This document shows positions 9,301 through 18,705 of a stretch of 64,000 bases of DNA, piece after piece. Source of the stretch: an uncultured Candidatus Saccharibacteria bacterium (GTDB taxonomy: Bacteria > Patescibacteriota > Minisyncoccia > Phycocordibacterales > UBA2100). Position 1 is the first letter of the stretch, and each line of letters begins with the position of its first letter. The notes beneath the pieces were generated by a model. That model searched no databases, was not told where the DNA came from, and saw only the letters and a list, made by a program, of their open reading frames with translations. The stretch is taken from the NCBI GenBank assembly GCA_964534465.1, contig CAZHOB010000003.1, positions 14,843 to 78,842 of the forward strand. Reading direction: 5' to 3'. A program made the translations under genes and the position numbers.

Positions 9301-10224
9301 TTAGAAGACGGCTGCCTCCTCTTTTAGTTCAATGCCAAATTTTGATTTCACAGCCTCCTTCACTTTCTCGGCTAGTTGGCGGACGTCTTGTGCCGTTGCA
9401 TTGCCTTGATTGACGATGTAATTGGGATGCTGGAGACTTGCTATCGCGCCGCCGACCGTCGCACCCTTCATGCCCGCATTTTCGATAAGCCAGCCGGCGG
9501 GGACGCGGCTTTCGCGGGATTTTACTCCTTTTTCTTTTTCGAACATCTCGACGATATTTTGCGGCGCGGTCGGGTTCATAAAATACGAGCCCGCGGCGCG
9601 CACGTTCTGCAAATGTCTCTTTTCGCGCTCGGCTATCGTTTCTGTAATCAAGCGCTCGCTGTCCCCCCTCTTCACTTGGTGCAATTCCAAAATGACGCGG
9701 GTGATTATCCAATTCGGGTTGTCCTTGAAAAAACTGTGGCGATATGAAAAATCGCAGACGATGTTCTCGAATTCGCGCATCTCCCCCGTTGCCATATCAA
9801 AAGCGCGTACAAGCGTAACAAAATCCTTGATCTCAGAACCAAAAGCGCCTGCGTTGCCGCGCACAGCGCCGCCTATCGTGCCGGGAATACCGGACAATTT
9901 TTCCCAGCCGCCTAAATTGCGTTCGGAAGCTTTCGAAATGAGCTGCGAGAGATCGCATCCCGCATCCGCAGCCAATTCGTTGCCGGCAAAAGAATTGTCG
10001 GCACTCTCGATATGGATGAGGAGTGCGTCGAGCCCTTCATCGGGTATGAGGACATTGCTCCCGCCCGCGAGGATAATGGGTCTTATGCTGTTCTCGTGCG
10101 CCCAGCCGACGGCTTCCCGTATTTCATCCTCAGTCTTTACGGATACAAAATAGCGCGCGTTGCCACCGATCTGAAACGTCGTCATTGGCGCGAGCGGCAC
10201 ATTCTCCCTTACCGAAATGCTCAT
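9301..10224 (-). CDS. murB: UDP-N-acetylenolpyruvoylglucosamine reductase
   Basis: FAD-binding MurB N-terminus (VPLAPMTTFQIGGNARYF) and C-terminal MurB domain. Start set to internal Met whose ATG overlaps the NUDIX gene stop (ATGA overlap). Confidence 0.9.
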   Translation of the reverse strand: MSISVRENVPLAPMTTFQIGGNARYFVSVKTEDEIREAVGWAHENSIRPIILAGGSNVLIPDEGLDALLIHIESADNSFAGNELAADAGCDLSQLISKASERNLGGWEKLSGIPGTIGGAVRGNAGAFGSEIKDFVTLVRAFDMATGEMREFENIVCDFSYRHSFFKDNPNWIITRVILELHQVKRGDSERLITETIAEREKRHLQNVRAAGSYFMNPTAPQNIVEMFEKEKGVKSRESRVPAGWLIENAGMKGATVGGAIASLQHPNYIVNQGNATAQDVRQLAEKVKEAVKSKFGIELKEEAAVF

Positions 10225-10652
10225 ATGCGATAAAAAAGCTTGATGCAGCCGTCTAGATCTATCATCAGATCCGACATCAGTAGTGCGCCCTGCGGGGTGA
10301 CCCAAGTGTAGGCAACGTGTTCTTCGGAAAGCGTCACCTCCGGCGACTCATCGCAATAATAGTAGTAAATATGAAAGACAACGTCCCTATCGGGATAGCG
10401 CAGAAATATGGTTTTAAAAAAATGTAATTTCGACATATGAACGACAATGCCGGATTCTTCTCGCAATTCTCTTATGATCGCTACGCGAGAGTCTTCAGCG
10501 TGCTCCAATTTACCGGCCGGAATAGCCCATCTATTTGCTTCATAGGATTTAGCTGAGCGCCGAAGCAGCAAAAATTTGCCGTTATGCTCCACAAAACAAC
10601 TTGCCGCCTCAATTCGCGGCTTGAAATCTGCAGGCTGCTCCAGAAATATCAT
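10221..10652 (-). CDS. NUDIX hydrolase
   Basis: Nudix box GKLEHAEDSRVAIIRELREESGI (GX5EX7REUXEEXGU). Confidence 0.8.
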   Translation of the reverse strand: MIFLEQPADFKPRIEAASCFVEHNGKFLLLRRSAKSYEANRWAIPAGKLEHAEDSRVAIIRELREESGIVVHMSKLHFFKTIFLRYPDRDVVFHIYYYYCDESPEVTLSEEHVAYTWVTPQGALLMSDLMIDLDGCIKLFYRI

Positions 10653-12700
10653 GCTTTCATTCTAACCTCCTTTTCCAAAGCCGTAATTTCGTCTCGAATT
10701 AATGCCGCTGTCTCGAAGTCGAGACCGTCGGCCGCTTCATGCATCTGCCGGCGCTTCTCGCGGATCAATTTCGTCATATCGCCACCGAATGCTGATGCGT
10801 CCATCTGTGCAAGCTCGGATACAGCGCGCTTACGCGATCTCTCGATGTCCGCAGTGATGTCGTGTATCTTCTTTTGTATCGTCTTCGGAGTGATGTTGTG
10901 GGCTTTGTTGTAAGCCATTTGTTTCTCGCGGCGGCGGTTGGTCTCACCTATCGCGCGCTCCATCGAGCCAGTCATCTGATCAGCGTACAGAAGTACGCGG
11001 CCGTGCACGTTGCGCGCGGCGCGGCCAATGGTCTGAATAAGCGATGTTTCGCTGCGCAGAAATCCTTCTTTGTCGGCGTCGAGAATTCCGACCAGTTCTA
11101 CTTCGGGAAGGTCGAGTCCTTCGCGCAGGAGGTTGACGCCGACGAGCACGTCGAAAATACCCTTGCGAAAATCCCTTAATATCTCAATGCGCTCAATGGT
11201 AAGTACATCGCTGTGCACGTAGCGCGCCTTGATACCCCTCTCCGTGAGGAATTGCGTGAGATCCTCGGCCATTTTCTTCGTAAGTACCGTAACCATCGAA
11301 CGCGCACCGCGCTTGGTTACCGCCTCCGCCTCGGCAATGAAATCTTTAACCTGCCCCTGATATTGACTTTCGTCCGTAACATTTTCTTGTTGTGCAAGCT
11401 TAGCTTTCACAACAGTGGCTGAAACTATGGGTCGGACGATTATCTCGGGATCGACAAGACCTGTGGGACGGATGACCTGCTCTACAGGCATGCCACTGCG
11501 TTCCAGTTCAAATTTTGAGGGCGTCGCCGAAGTATAGAGCGTCTGACCGATGCGTTCTTGAAATTCTGCAAATGTGAGCGGCCTGTTGTCCACCGCACTT
11601 GGGAGACGGAAACCGTGCTCGACGAGTGTCTCTTTGCGTGAACGATCGCCCGCGTACATTGCGCCTATTTGCGGCACCGTTACGTGCGATTCATCGATAA
11701 TGAGGAGAAAATCCTTGGGGAAGTATGAGAGCAACGTATAGGGCGGCTCGCCGGGCTTTCGCCTGTCGAAATGTCGCGAATAATTCTCAATGCCGTTACA
11801 AAATCCGAACTCGCGTATCATCGCGATATCCTGTCGCGTGCGGCGCTTGAGACGCTCTGCTTCGAGGATTTTGCCTGCGGCGTTCAACACTTTTAGCCTA
11901 TCCGCAAGCTCCTGCTCGATATCGGCGAGCGCGGCCTCGAGCACATCTTTGGGTGTCACGTATTGTCTCGCGGGAAAAATGAATATCGCATCGTGCTTTG
12001 CGGAGATCGCGCGGGTCATTGCGTCGATCTCTTCAATTTTGGAAATTTTGCCACCGGTCAGGTCGACGCGATAGACGACGCGCTCGCTCGCCGGCATGAT
12101 CTCTACGGCCGCGCCGAGCGCGCGAAATGTGCCGGGCTTCAGGTCGCCGGTCACGCGCTCAAAATAGATCGAAATGAGTTTTCGGGTCAGTGTAGCGCGA
12201 GTCATCCGCTCGTCCTTCGAGAGTTTCAAATTCACTTTTTCATATTCGACCGGACTCCCGAGGCCGTAGATGCAGGAGACCGAAGCCACCACTATCACAT
12301 CTTTGCGTGTAAGCAAAGCCTGCGTACATGCATGACGTAAACGTTCGATGTCTTCATTTATCTGCGCTTCTTTCTCGATGTAGGTATCAGTAACAGGCAC
12401 GTACGCCTCCGGTTGGTAGTAGTCGTAATACGAAACAAAATAATGCACGGCATTGTCGGGAAAAAATTCACGATACTCTGAGGCGAGCTGCGCAGCGAGC
12501 GTTTTGTTGTGCGCGACGACGAGCGTCGGCCTCTGCGTCTTTTCTATGATGTTGGCCACCGTGAAGGTCTTGCCCGAGCCGGTCACGCCAAGGAGCGTCT
12601 GGTCCTTTTTGCCAGCTTTTAAGCCATTATAGAGCGCCTCTATTGCCTTCGGCTGATCGCCGTCGGGCTTGTAGTCGGATTTGATCTTGAACTTCGCCAT
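10649..12700 (-). CDS. uvrB: Excinuclease ABC subunit B
   Basis: MAKFKIKSDYKPDGDQPKAI start. Helicase motif I TGSGKTF. UvrB beta-hairpin region. C-terminal UVR domain (ETAALIRDEITALEKE). Confidence 0.95.
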   Translation of the reverse strand: MAKFKIKSDYKPDGDQPKAIEALYNGLKAGKKDQTLLGVTGSGKTFTVANIIEKTQRPTLVVAHNKTLAAQLASEYREFFPDNAVHYFVSYYDYYQPEAYVPVTDTYIEKEAQINEDIERLRHACTQALLTRKDVIVVASVSCIYGLGSPVEYEKVNLKLSKDERMTRATLTRKLISIYFERVTGDLKPGTFRALGAAVEIMPASERVVYRVDLTGGKISKIEEIDAMTRAISAKHDAIFIFPARQYVTPKDVLEAALADIEQELADRLKVLNAAGKILEAERLKRRTRQDIAMIREFGFCNGIENYSRHFDRRKPGEPPYTLLSYFPKDFLLIIDESHVTVPQIGAMYAGDRSRKETLVEHGFRLPSAVDNRPLTFAEFQERIGQTLYTSATPSKFELERSGMPVEQVIRPTGLVDPEIIVRPIVSATVVKAKLAQQENVTDESQYQGQVKDFIAEAEAVTKRGARSMVTVLTKKMAEDLTQFLTERGIKARYVHSDVLTIERIEILRDFRKGIFDVLVGVNLLREGLDLPEVELVGILDADKEGFLRSETSLIQTIGRAARNVHGRVLLYADQMTGSMERAIGETNRRREKQMAYNKAHNITPKTIQKKIHDITADIERSRKRAVSELAQMDASAFGGDMTKLIREKRRQMHEAADGLDFETAALIRDEITALEKEVRMKA

Positions 12701-12717
12701 CGGGCTATACTAACAGA

Positions 12718-12842
12718 TTGACAAGTGAATGAGAATGGTGTATTGTGGCAGCAGCATCGCTCTCTCGCCTGCATCCTCGGCAGAATGGTGTGGCGAGACG
12801 TTAGAGCACTGCGTTCCGAGAACGTGGTGCTTTTCTTTTTAT
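12718..12842 (+). ncRNA. Candidate ~90-nt small RNA between uvrB and tyrS (promoter TTGACA-17-TATTGT to intrinsic terminator)
   Basis: TTGACA (12718-12723), 17-nt spacer, TATTGT (12741-12746). Terminator agcactgcgttccgagaacgtggtgct + TTTTCTTTTT at 12804-12842. No protein-like ORF. Confidence 0.25.
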
Positions 12843-14092
12843 ATTAGTTTCAATACACAAACTCCACGCGCGCCTTTTCTAAGGAGCGCGATATCATACG
12901 AAAAATCACTCTGCGACAACGTACGCTCTGGCTCGCTAATTGACTCGCTGTTGAGCATAACTGCCTTACTTGAAAGAAGCTGACGCGCTTCCCGCTTCGA
13001 GCTCGCGAGCCCTGAGCGCACGAGGACATCTACTATACTTTCACCATCGTGTACCTCGGATGAAGGGGCCTCACGCTGAAGCTGCTCTACTGCGTCTTTG
13101 GAAAGTTCTTTGAGCGTCCGATCGCCGAAAAGCGTTTCGGAGATCTGCTCAGCGCTCTTCGCCGTGCGCTCACCATGCACGAGCAGCGTCACTTCGCGCG
13201 CGAGAATTTTTTGCGCATGCCGCTCGCCCGGATTACGTCGGGAAAGTTCTACTGCCGCGCCGATCTCGTCGACCGACATCATTGTGAAAAGTTTCAAATA
13301 GTCGCCCACATTGTCATCGTTCACGTTGAACCAGAATTGGTAGAAGGAATACGGCATCGTCATTTCGGGATCGAGCCAGACGGCATTGCCCTCGCTCTTG
13401 CCGAATTTTTTGCCGGTGGATTTATCGGTAATGATCGGGAGTGTGAGGCCGTATGCCGACTCATTTTCTTTGCGGCGGATCAATTCCACGCCGGAAACGA
13501 TGTTGCCCCACTGATCGGAGCCTCCTATCTGCACATCGCAGCCAAACTCTTTGTAGAGATGCCAAAAATCGTAGGCCTGCAGGAGCGGGTATGAAAATTC
13601 GGTAAAGGATATTCCCTCTTCGCTTTTCATACGTGCATGTATGGCGTCTTTTTTGACGAGGTTGTTGACTGTAAAGTATTTGCCCGTATCGCGCAGGAAT
13701 TCGAGGAGGCCGAGGCGCGTAAGCCAATCGGCGTTGTTGGCAACATGGAAATCAGTTCCCCCGAGAAGTTTGCCCGCCTGCTCTTTTAGTTTCTCTACGC
13801 GATTCGCTATCGTTACTTCATCGAGCAGCGGTCGCTCAATATCCGGCTTCGGGTCGCCTATCATGCCCGTGCCACCACCGACGATGAGAATGACCTTGTG
13901 TCCGGCATTCGCGAAATGTTTCAACAGCATATATGCCGCCAAATTGCCCACGTGAATTGACTCTGCCGTCGGATCAACGCCGAGATATACGGTGCGCTGT
14001 CCGCCGTCCGTAATTTCTTCAAGCGTTTCCGATGAGTGCTGATACACAAACCCACGCTCTTTGAGGATCTTGGAAAGTTCTGCCATAACCAC
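12839..14092 (-). CDS. tyrS: Tyrosine--tRNA ligase
   Basis: Class I HIGH-type motif (HVGNLAAYMLLKHF). KMSKS-type (KFGKSEG). C-terminal S4 RNA-binding domain. Confidence 0.9.
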   Translation of the reverse strand: MVMAELSKILKERGFVYQHSSETLEEITDGGQRTVYLGVDPTAESIHVGNLAAYMLLKHFANAGHKVILIVGGGTGMIGDPKPDIERPLLDEVTIANRVEKLKEQAGKLLGGTDFHVANNADWLTRLGLLEFLRDTGKYFTVNNLVKKDAIHARMKSEEGISFTEFSYPLLQAYDFWHLYKEFGCDVQIGGSDQWGNIVSGVELIRRKENESAYGLTLPIITDKSTGKKFGKSEGNAVWLDPEMTMPYSFYQFWFNVNDDNVGDYLKLFTMMSVDEIGAAVELSRRNPGERHAQKILAREVTLLVHGERTAKSAEQISETLFGDRTLKELSKDAVEQLQREAPSSEVHDGESIVDVLVRSGLASSKREARQLLSSKAVMLNSESISEPERTLSQSDFSYDIALLRKGARGVCVLKLI

Positions 14093-14193
14093 CTTTATAC
14101 CACACGGCGAGAGCAGCAGTGGAGCTGTTTTTAGAGACCCCGCAGGCGGCTGCCGAGCATCCGAGGAATTTTTCAGCAGAAAAATTCCGTGCT

Positions 14194-14583
14194 CTAAAAA
14201 CTGTCCCGCTGCTGCTCTCGCCGTCTCACCTCCCCCTCATCCATCCCGAAATGATGCGCGAATTCGTGCCAGATGGTTTCGGCGACGACATCGGCCACAT
14301 CCATTCCGTCTTCTTCTGCAGCTTCTTCGATTGGCAATTGGTAGAGCGTGATGGTGTCGGGCAAGGTCGCGCCAACGCCGTAATACTCGCCGCGCGCGGA
14401 GAGCGGAATGCCGCGATAGAGACCGAGCAACGTTTCGTCGTCTTCCAGTCCCTCTTCTTTGCGCACTTCTTCCGAAGGCAACTCCTCTATTAATAGAGCG
14501 ACGTTCTTTATCTTCTCCCGTACCCATTGCGGTAATTTTTCGTAACCTTCGGCGACCAATTTTTCGAATTCCGCACGCTTCAT
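14194..14583 (-). CDS. Small zincin-like metallopeptidase-family protein
   Basis: HExxH motif in WHEFAHHFGMDE near C-terminus. Acidic ~129 aa protein typical of minimal zincin-like family. Confidence 0.5.
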   Translation of the reverse strand: MKRAEFEKLVAEGYEKLPQWVREKIKNVALLIEELPSEEVRKEEGLEDDETLLGLYRGIPLSARGEYYGVGATLPDTITLYQLPIEEAAEEDGMDVADVVAETIWHEFAHHFGMDEGEVRRREQQRDSF

Positions 14584-14656
14584 ATCATCATTCTAGCAAA
14601 CGTTGACGAATTGGCTGTTTATTGTACTGTTTCGCAAGCTAGGAAAGGACGCTTCA

Positions 14657-15322
14657 ATGAACCGAATAGAAAGTCGTTTGCGCTGGTATTCGCTCCTCGA
14701 GAGGATCGCGCGCGCGCACGGCGTCACTATCTCCGATGCGCAAAAGCACACTTCATATGTAAAGGTGATGGCCCGCTACGCCGAAATACATCGCGCCTAT
14801 CACAACAAAGCGCATATAGATGATTGCCTCCTGCTATTCGACGAGGTGAGGCACCTCGCGTTGGAGCCGGATGCCGTCGAGATGGCGATATGGCTGCACG
14901 ATGTCATATACGATCCCCGCTCCAAAACCAACGAAGAAGACAGCATTGTCTTTGCTCACGAGATCATGTCAGAGCTTGGGCTTCCGGCGAGATTCCAGCA
15001 TCGGGTTGCAAGGCGGATCTACCCGACGAAGCATGTGTTTGCTTTGACGAATCCGGACTATCAGCTGATCGCTGATATAGACCTAGCATCCCTTGGTTAC
15101 ACGTGGGAAAAGTTCAAGAAGAACGGCGAGGATATACGGTTCGAGTACAGTTTTGCCCCGTGGAACGATTATGTGACGGGGCGCAACGCCATTTTGCGAT
15201 CCTTCCTCGATCGCGAGCACATTTACTACCATCAGTGGTTCCGCGACCGATACGAAACGCAGGCACAAGCTAATATAAAACGGGCGATCAACGATCTTTC
15301 AAGCAGCATCGCTGCCGAGTAA
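14657..15322 (+). CDS. HD-domain phosphohydrolase-family protein
   Basis: H..H motif YHNKAHIDD and HD motif AIWLHDVIYD. Start at Met after RBS AGGAAAGGA. Terminator hairpin at 15326-15360. Confidence 0.55.
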   Translation: MNRIESRLRWYSLLERIARAHGVTISDAQKHTSYVKVMARYAEIHRAYHNKAHIDDCLLLFDEVRHLALEPDAVEMAIWLHDVIYDPRSKTNEEDSIVFAHEIMSELGLPARFQHRVARRIYPTKHVFALTNPDYQLIADIDLASLGYTWEKFKKNGEDIRFEYSFAPWNDYVTGRNAILRSFLDREHIYYHQWFRDRYETQAQANIKRAINDLSSSIAAE

Positions 15323-15370
15323 AGAAAAAAGCCGTTCGGTACATCCGAGCGGCTTTTCGATTTGTGGAAC

Positions 15371-15786
15371 TTACGAAGCGAGCAGGGGGGCGCCCGCGAA
15401 TTCTTTCGCTTTCGCGGCAGCAAAGCGTTTTGCTTCGACGAAGCGATGCAGAGATTCAGCTGCGCCGTCTCGCCCGCCGGCACGCTTGTGGCGCGCGTAG
15501 TTGATGTCCTGCGGCATCTGATCGATCAAGTCGAAGAAGAAGGACTGCGTTTCCGTGACGTCGGAAAGCCTCCGGCGTAGAATGCGTGCGCCATCACAAA
15601 CGTATCGGTGTTGTGCCTCGAAGGCAAGCTCGAGGACGACATCCATTTGCTCCGCTGTAAGGGAAAGTGCGAGGCCAACACGCGCAAGGCATATGTGTCC
15701 CGACCCCACTCCCGCCTCGGCAAGTTTGACGAGCCTCTCGAGCACTTCTTCTCTCGTCAGGTTGAAATTCAACTGAAGCTGCTTCA
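15371..15786 (-). CDS. Small protein, member 1 of a three-paralog family (unknown function)
   Basis: Start at MKQLQLNFNLTREEV with RBS AAAGGAGCGACAG and upstream TTGACA-17-TATTAAT promoter. About 45% identical to 17064-17489. Conserved core ERI[IV].LAEAGVGSG.[IL]CLARVGLALSLT.[EQ]Q. Confidence 0.6.
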
Positions 15787-15884
15787 TCTGTCGCTCCTTT
15801 GTTTGCATTACCGAATACATTAATACAACATGTCGTGATTTATGTCAAGAAAAAAAGCGCGACCACATCGCCGCGCTTCGAGAT

Positions 15885-16415
15885 TCAGTTGAGCGTTCGC
15901 TTCGGCCGAACCGGCGGATCGTCATCTCCGTCGGTATCTTCCGTATCATCCGGCATGTCATCATCCGGTTCGCCCTCTAGCGCTTCGTCTATCGCGTCGG
16001 TCTGATCTCTCACGAATTGGCTAAGGACGAAGACGAGCTCGTCGCCATCGAGTGCGCCGAGCCGGAGACCTTCGGCTATCGCATTGATGGCTACCTGCGC
16101 GCCCGCATGCCCGCCCTTTTGGAGCGGACCGGAATAGTTGATCTTGGTCACGATGAGCTTTTGCAGAAGCGCGTCCTGAAAATCAGTGGCGTCCATCAAG
16201 AGCTCCTGCAGCGCCTGCTCTCCGCCTGAATGGTTCGCATCAGCGACCCTGCGCGCCAAAGCTTTGGCGATCTTTGCCTGCTCATCGCTCAAGGTGAGCG
16301 CGAGCAGCGCGCGACAACTGCATTTCGGATCGCAGCCGATATTCGCATTCTCGAGTATGACTATCCGCTCGACTATCGTATCAAAATCGAACACTTCAGT
16401 TTCATCGTCGCTCAT
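15885..16415 (-). CDS. Acidic-tailed protein, divergent member of the same paralog family
   Basis: Start MSDDETEV with RBS AGGAG. N-terminal region VERIVILENANIGCDPKCSCRALLALTLSDEQ aligns with the conserved core of the two flanking paralogs. C-terminal 40 aa almost pure D/E/P/T (EGEPDDDMPDDTEDTDGDDDPP). Hairpin terminator downstream. Confidence 0.6.
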   Translation of the reverse strand: MSDDETEVFDFDTIVERIVILENANIGCDPKCSCRALLALTLSDEQAKIAKALARRVADANHSGGEQALQELLMDATDFQDALLQKLIVTKINYSGPLQKGGHAGAQVAINAIAEGLRLGALDGDELVFVLSQFVRDQTDAIDEALEGEPDDDMPDDTEDTDGDDDPPVRPKRTLN

Positions 16416-16536
16416 TGCAAACTCCTTTCTATTCCACTGCTCACGGTAGCGCCTGTGGCACAACAGTCAACGCACCGCCGGGAACAACTGCATTCACGGA
16501 GCTGATATAGTTTACGGAGAGCAACGGAGGTTACCG

Positions 16537-17010
16537 ATGAAAACGATGCTGAAAACTGCGATTTTGTGCGCCGGCCTATTTCTGCTGACTCCTCTCGCAT
16601 CACATGCCGCCGGACCATTCGATGGTTTGGCGGGACAGTGGCTGGGGGCGGGCCGGATCAATTACACCAACGGTACCGGCGAAAAGATCCGATGTCAGAT
16701 CGCCTATAGCGTGCCCAAAAGCACGGACATGAACTTGCATCTGGTCTGCGCGAGCGAAAGCTACAAGATAGACGCGTATTCTTCGGTGCATCTGGAGAAG
16801 GAGACTGTCAGCGGTTCATGGCAGGAGATGAGCCTGAATCTCAGCGGAACCGTTTCGGGAACAGCGAAGGATAACGTTATCAACGTCATCCTCACCGGCC
16901 AGCTCGCGTTGCGGCTGGTCGTGGAGACCAAGGGAGCAGAACAGACCGTGTGGATCGTTCCGCAGGAAGGTTTGCCTCTGAAGAACGTGAAGATCAACAT
17001 GCACAAGTAG
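16537..17010 (+). CDS. Secreted protein with signal peptide (157 aa)
   Basis: N-terminal MKTMLKTAILCAGLFLLTPLASHAAGP signal peptide. Beta-rich composition. Bidirectional terminator agagccccgacgctgatagcgtgcggggctct at 17020-17055. Confidence 0.55.
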   Translation: MKTMLKTAILCAGLFLLTPLASHAAGPFDGLAGQWLGAGRINYTNGTGEKIRCQIAYSVPKSTDMNLHLVCASESYKIDAYSSVHLEKETVSGSWQEMSLNLSGTVSGTAKDNVINVILTGQLALRLVVETKGAEQTVWIVPQEGLPLKNVKINMHK

Positions 17011-17063
17011 CGCATAGAAAGAGCCCCGACGCTGATAGCGTGCGGGGCTCTCTTAGTGCTTCA

Positions 17064-17489
17064 TCAACCCTGAAAACAGGGAGCTGCAAGGCAAGGAACG
17101 CGAGTGGACTCGATGCCCCTCGACTTGAAGAGGCCCGTGACAAAACGGTACAGCGAATCCTCCGCGTGGAGGCGACCGCCGACCGACTTGTGGCTCGCAT
17201 ACTCGCTGTCTTGCGGCATTTCTTCGATAAGCTCGAAGAAGAACTTTTGGGTCTCCGTGAGATCGCGGAGCCTGTACCTCAACATTGATGCGTCGCCTCG
17301 CACGTGGCGCAACTGAACATCGTCGACGAGAGTCCTCACGATGCTCATCTGCTGCTCGGTGAGCGAAAGTGCGAGACCGACTCGTGCGAGACACAGAAAT
17401 CCTGAGCCAACGCCCGCCTCGGCGAGCTCGATGATGCGCTCAAGGACTTCTTCGCGGGTCAATTCGTAGTTGAACTGAAGCTTGGCCAT
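17064..17489 (-). CDS. Small protein, member 3 of the three-paralog family
   Basis: MAKLQFNYELTREEVLERIIELAEAGVGSGFLCLARVGLALSLTEQQ.. paralogous to 15371-15786. Confidence 0.6.
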   Translation of the reverse strand: MAKLQFNYELTREEVLERIIELAEAGVGSGFLCLARVGLALSLTEQQMSIVRTLVDDVQLRHVRGDASMLRYRLRDLTETQKFFFELIEEMPQDSEYASHKSVGGRLHAEDSLYRFVTGLFKSRGIESTRVPCLAAPCFQG

Positions 17490-17552
17490 GGGGCTCTCCC
17501 GTTGCTATTGCTGAAGTATTCATACCACGTTATATACATTTCGTCAAATGCG

Positions 17553-18086
17553 TCACTGCTGCACCAGTTCGGCAAATCGCTTGCGTACTTTTTCGAGTTT
17601 GGGTTCGATAATGAGCTGACAGTACGGCGCGCTTTTGTTTTCTTGGTAATAATTCTTGTGATATTCCTCGGCGGGATAGAATTTTCCCAATTGAATGACC
17701 TGCGTGACCACGCGCGTGCCGTCTTTGAGAGACTCGTCAACTTCTTTTATGATTTTTTCGGCGGTCGCTTTCTCCTCATCCGTTCCATACAAAATGACGG
17801 AACGATATTGTTCACCCATATCATTCCCCTGCCGATTAGGCGTGGTCGGGTCGTGCGAGCCGAAAAAGACCGTGAGGAGATCTTGAAATGTGATAATAGC
17901 CGGATCATAGGTGACGCGGATGACTTCAGCGTGACCGGTCGAGCCCGCACTCACCTGCTCATACGAAGGATTTTCCATTTTGCCGCCGGCATAGCCGGAT
18001 TCCACTTTCGACACACCCTTCAGCATCTGAAAAACCGCCTCTGTGCACCAGAAACATCCACCTCCAAATACCGCCGTCTTTTGCAT
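17553..18086 (-). CDS. msrA: Peptide methionine sulfoxide reductase A
   Basis: Active-site motif GGGCFWCTEAVF. Length 177 aa. Confidence 0.9.
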   Translation of the reverse strand: MQKTAVFGGGCFWCTEAVFQMLKGVSKVESGYAGGKMENPSYEQVSAGSTGHAEVIRVTYDPAIITFQDLLTVFFGSHDPTTPNRQGNDMGEQYRSVILYGTDEEKATAEKIIKEVDESLKDGTRVVTQVIQLGKFYPAEEYHKNYYQENKSAPYCQLIIEPKLEKVRKRFAELVQQ

Positions 18087-18131
18087 CGATTGATTGTATC
18101 AAATCGCCCAGCTCGTATAATCCTCATATCA

Positions 18132-18689
18132 ATGTCTCAAGCTCATGAAGATGAGGGGCTTATCGAAGAATACCTCTCCGGCAACGATGACGCGTTGTCG
18201 GAAATAGTGGCGCGGCACATACGTGCGACGCATGCCTTTGCACTCCGACTCACCGGCGAGCCAAGTGATGCTGAAGAGATCGTGCAGGAGAGTTTTTTGA
18301 AAGCGTGGAAGTCGCTCAAGAATTTCGATGCAAAAAAGGCACGGTTCAAGACGTGGCTTATGCGTATCGTTCGCAACACGGCCATAGATCATTTGCGGCG
18401 TGCGAAAGCGGATATTTCGCTCGATTATGGAGACGAGCCGCTTGCACTCACCGTGCATGATGATGCGCCGCTTCCCGATGAGATCGCCGCGAGCAAAGAA
18501 GATCAAGCTGCTCTCGAGAAAGCGCTCGGTCAACTATCTGCGCTTCAGAGAGAGCTTCTGCTTCTCTACAACGGCAATGACTTTTCATTTGAGGAGATAG
18601 CCGAGATCCGCGGCGAATCGCGCAATACCATAAAGAGCCGCTACCGACGTGCCCTAGAAGCACTGAAAAAGCTCGTGCACCCAAAATGA
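18132..18689 (+). CDS. ECF-type sigma-70 family RNA polymerase sigma factor
   Basis: Sigma70 region 2 (..FLKAWKSLKNFDAKKARFKTWLMRIVRNTAIDHLRR..). Region 4 HTH (..ELLLLYNGNDFSFEEIAEIRGESRNTIKSRYRRALEALKK). Start set to MSQAHEDEG. The long upstream ORF extension overlaps msrA on the other strand. Confidence 0.85.
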   Translation: MSQAHEDEGLIEEYLSGNDDALSEIVARHIRATHAFALRLTGEPSDAEEIVQESFLKAWKSLKNFDAKKARFKTWLMRIVRNTAIDHLRRAKADISLDYGDEPLALTVHDDAPLPDEIAASKEDQAALEKALGQLSALQRELLLLYNGNDFSFEEIAEIRGESRNTIKSRYRRALEALKKLVHPK

Positions 18690-18705
18690 CATCGCGTCCG
18701 TATAT

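Noticed and set aside
17502-18131. N-terminal 210 aa of the 395-aa ORF containing the ECF sigma factor
   Set aside because: This part overlaps msrA on the opposite strand and has no sigma-factor similarity. The sigma domain begins at MSQAHEDEG (18132) with its own RBS.
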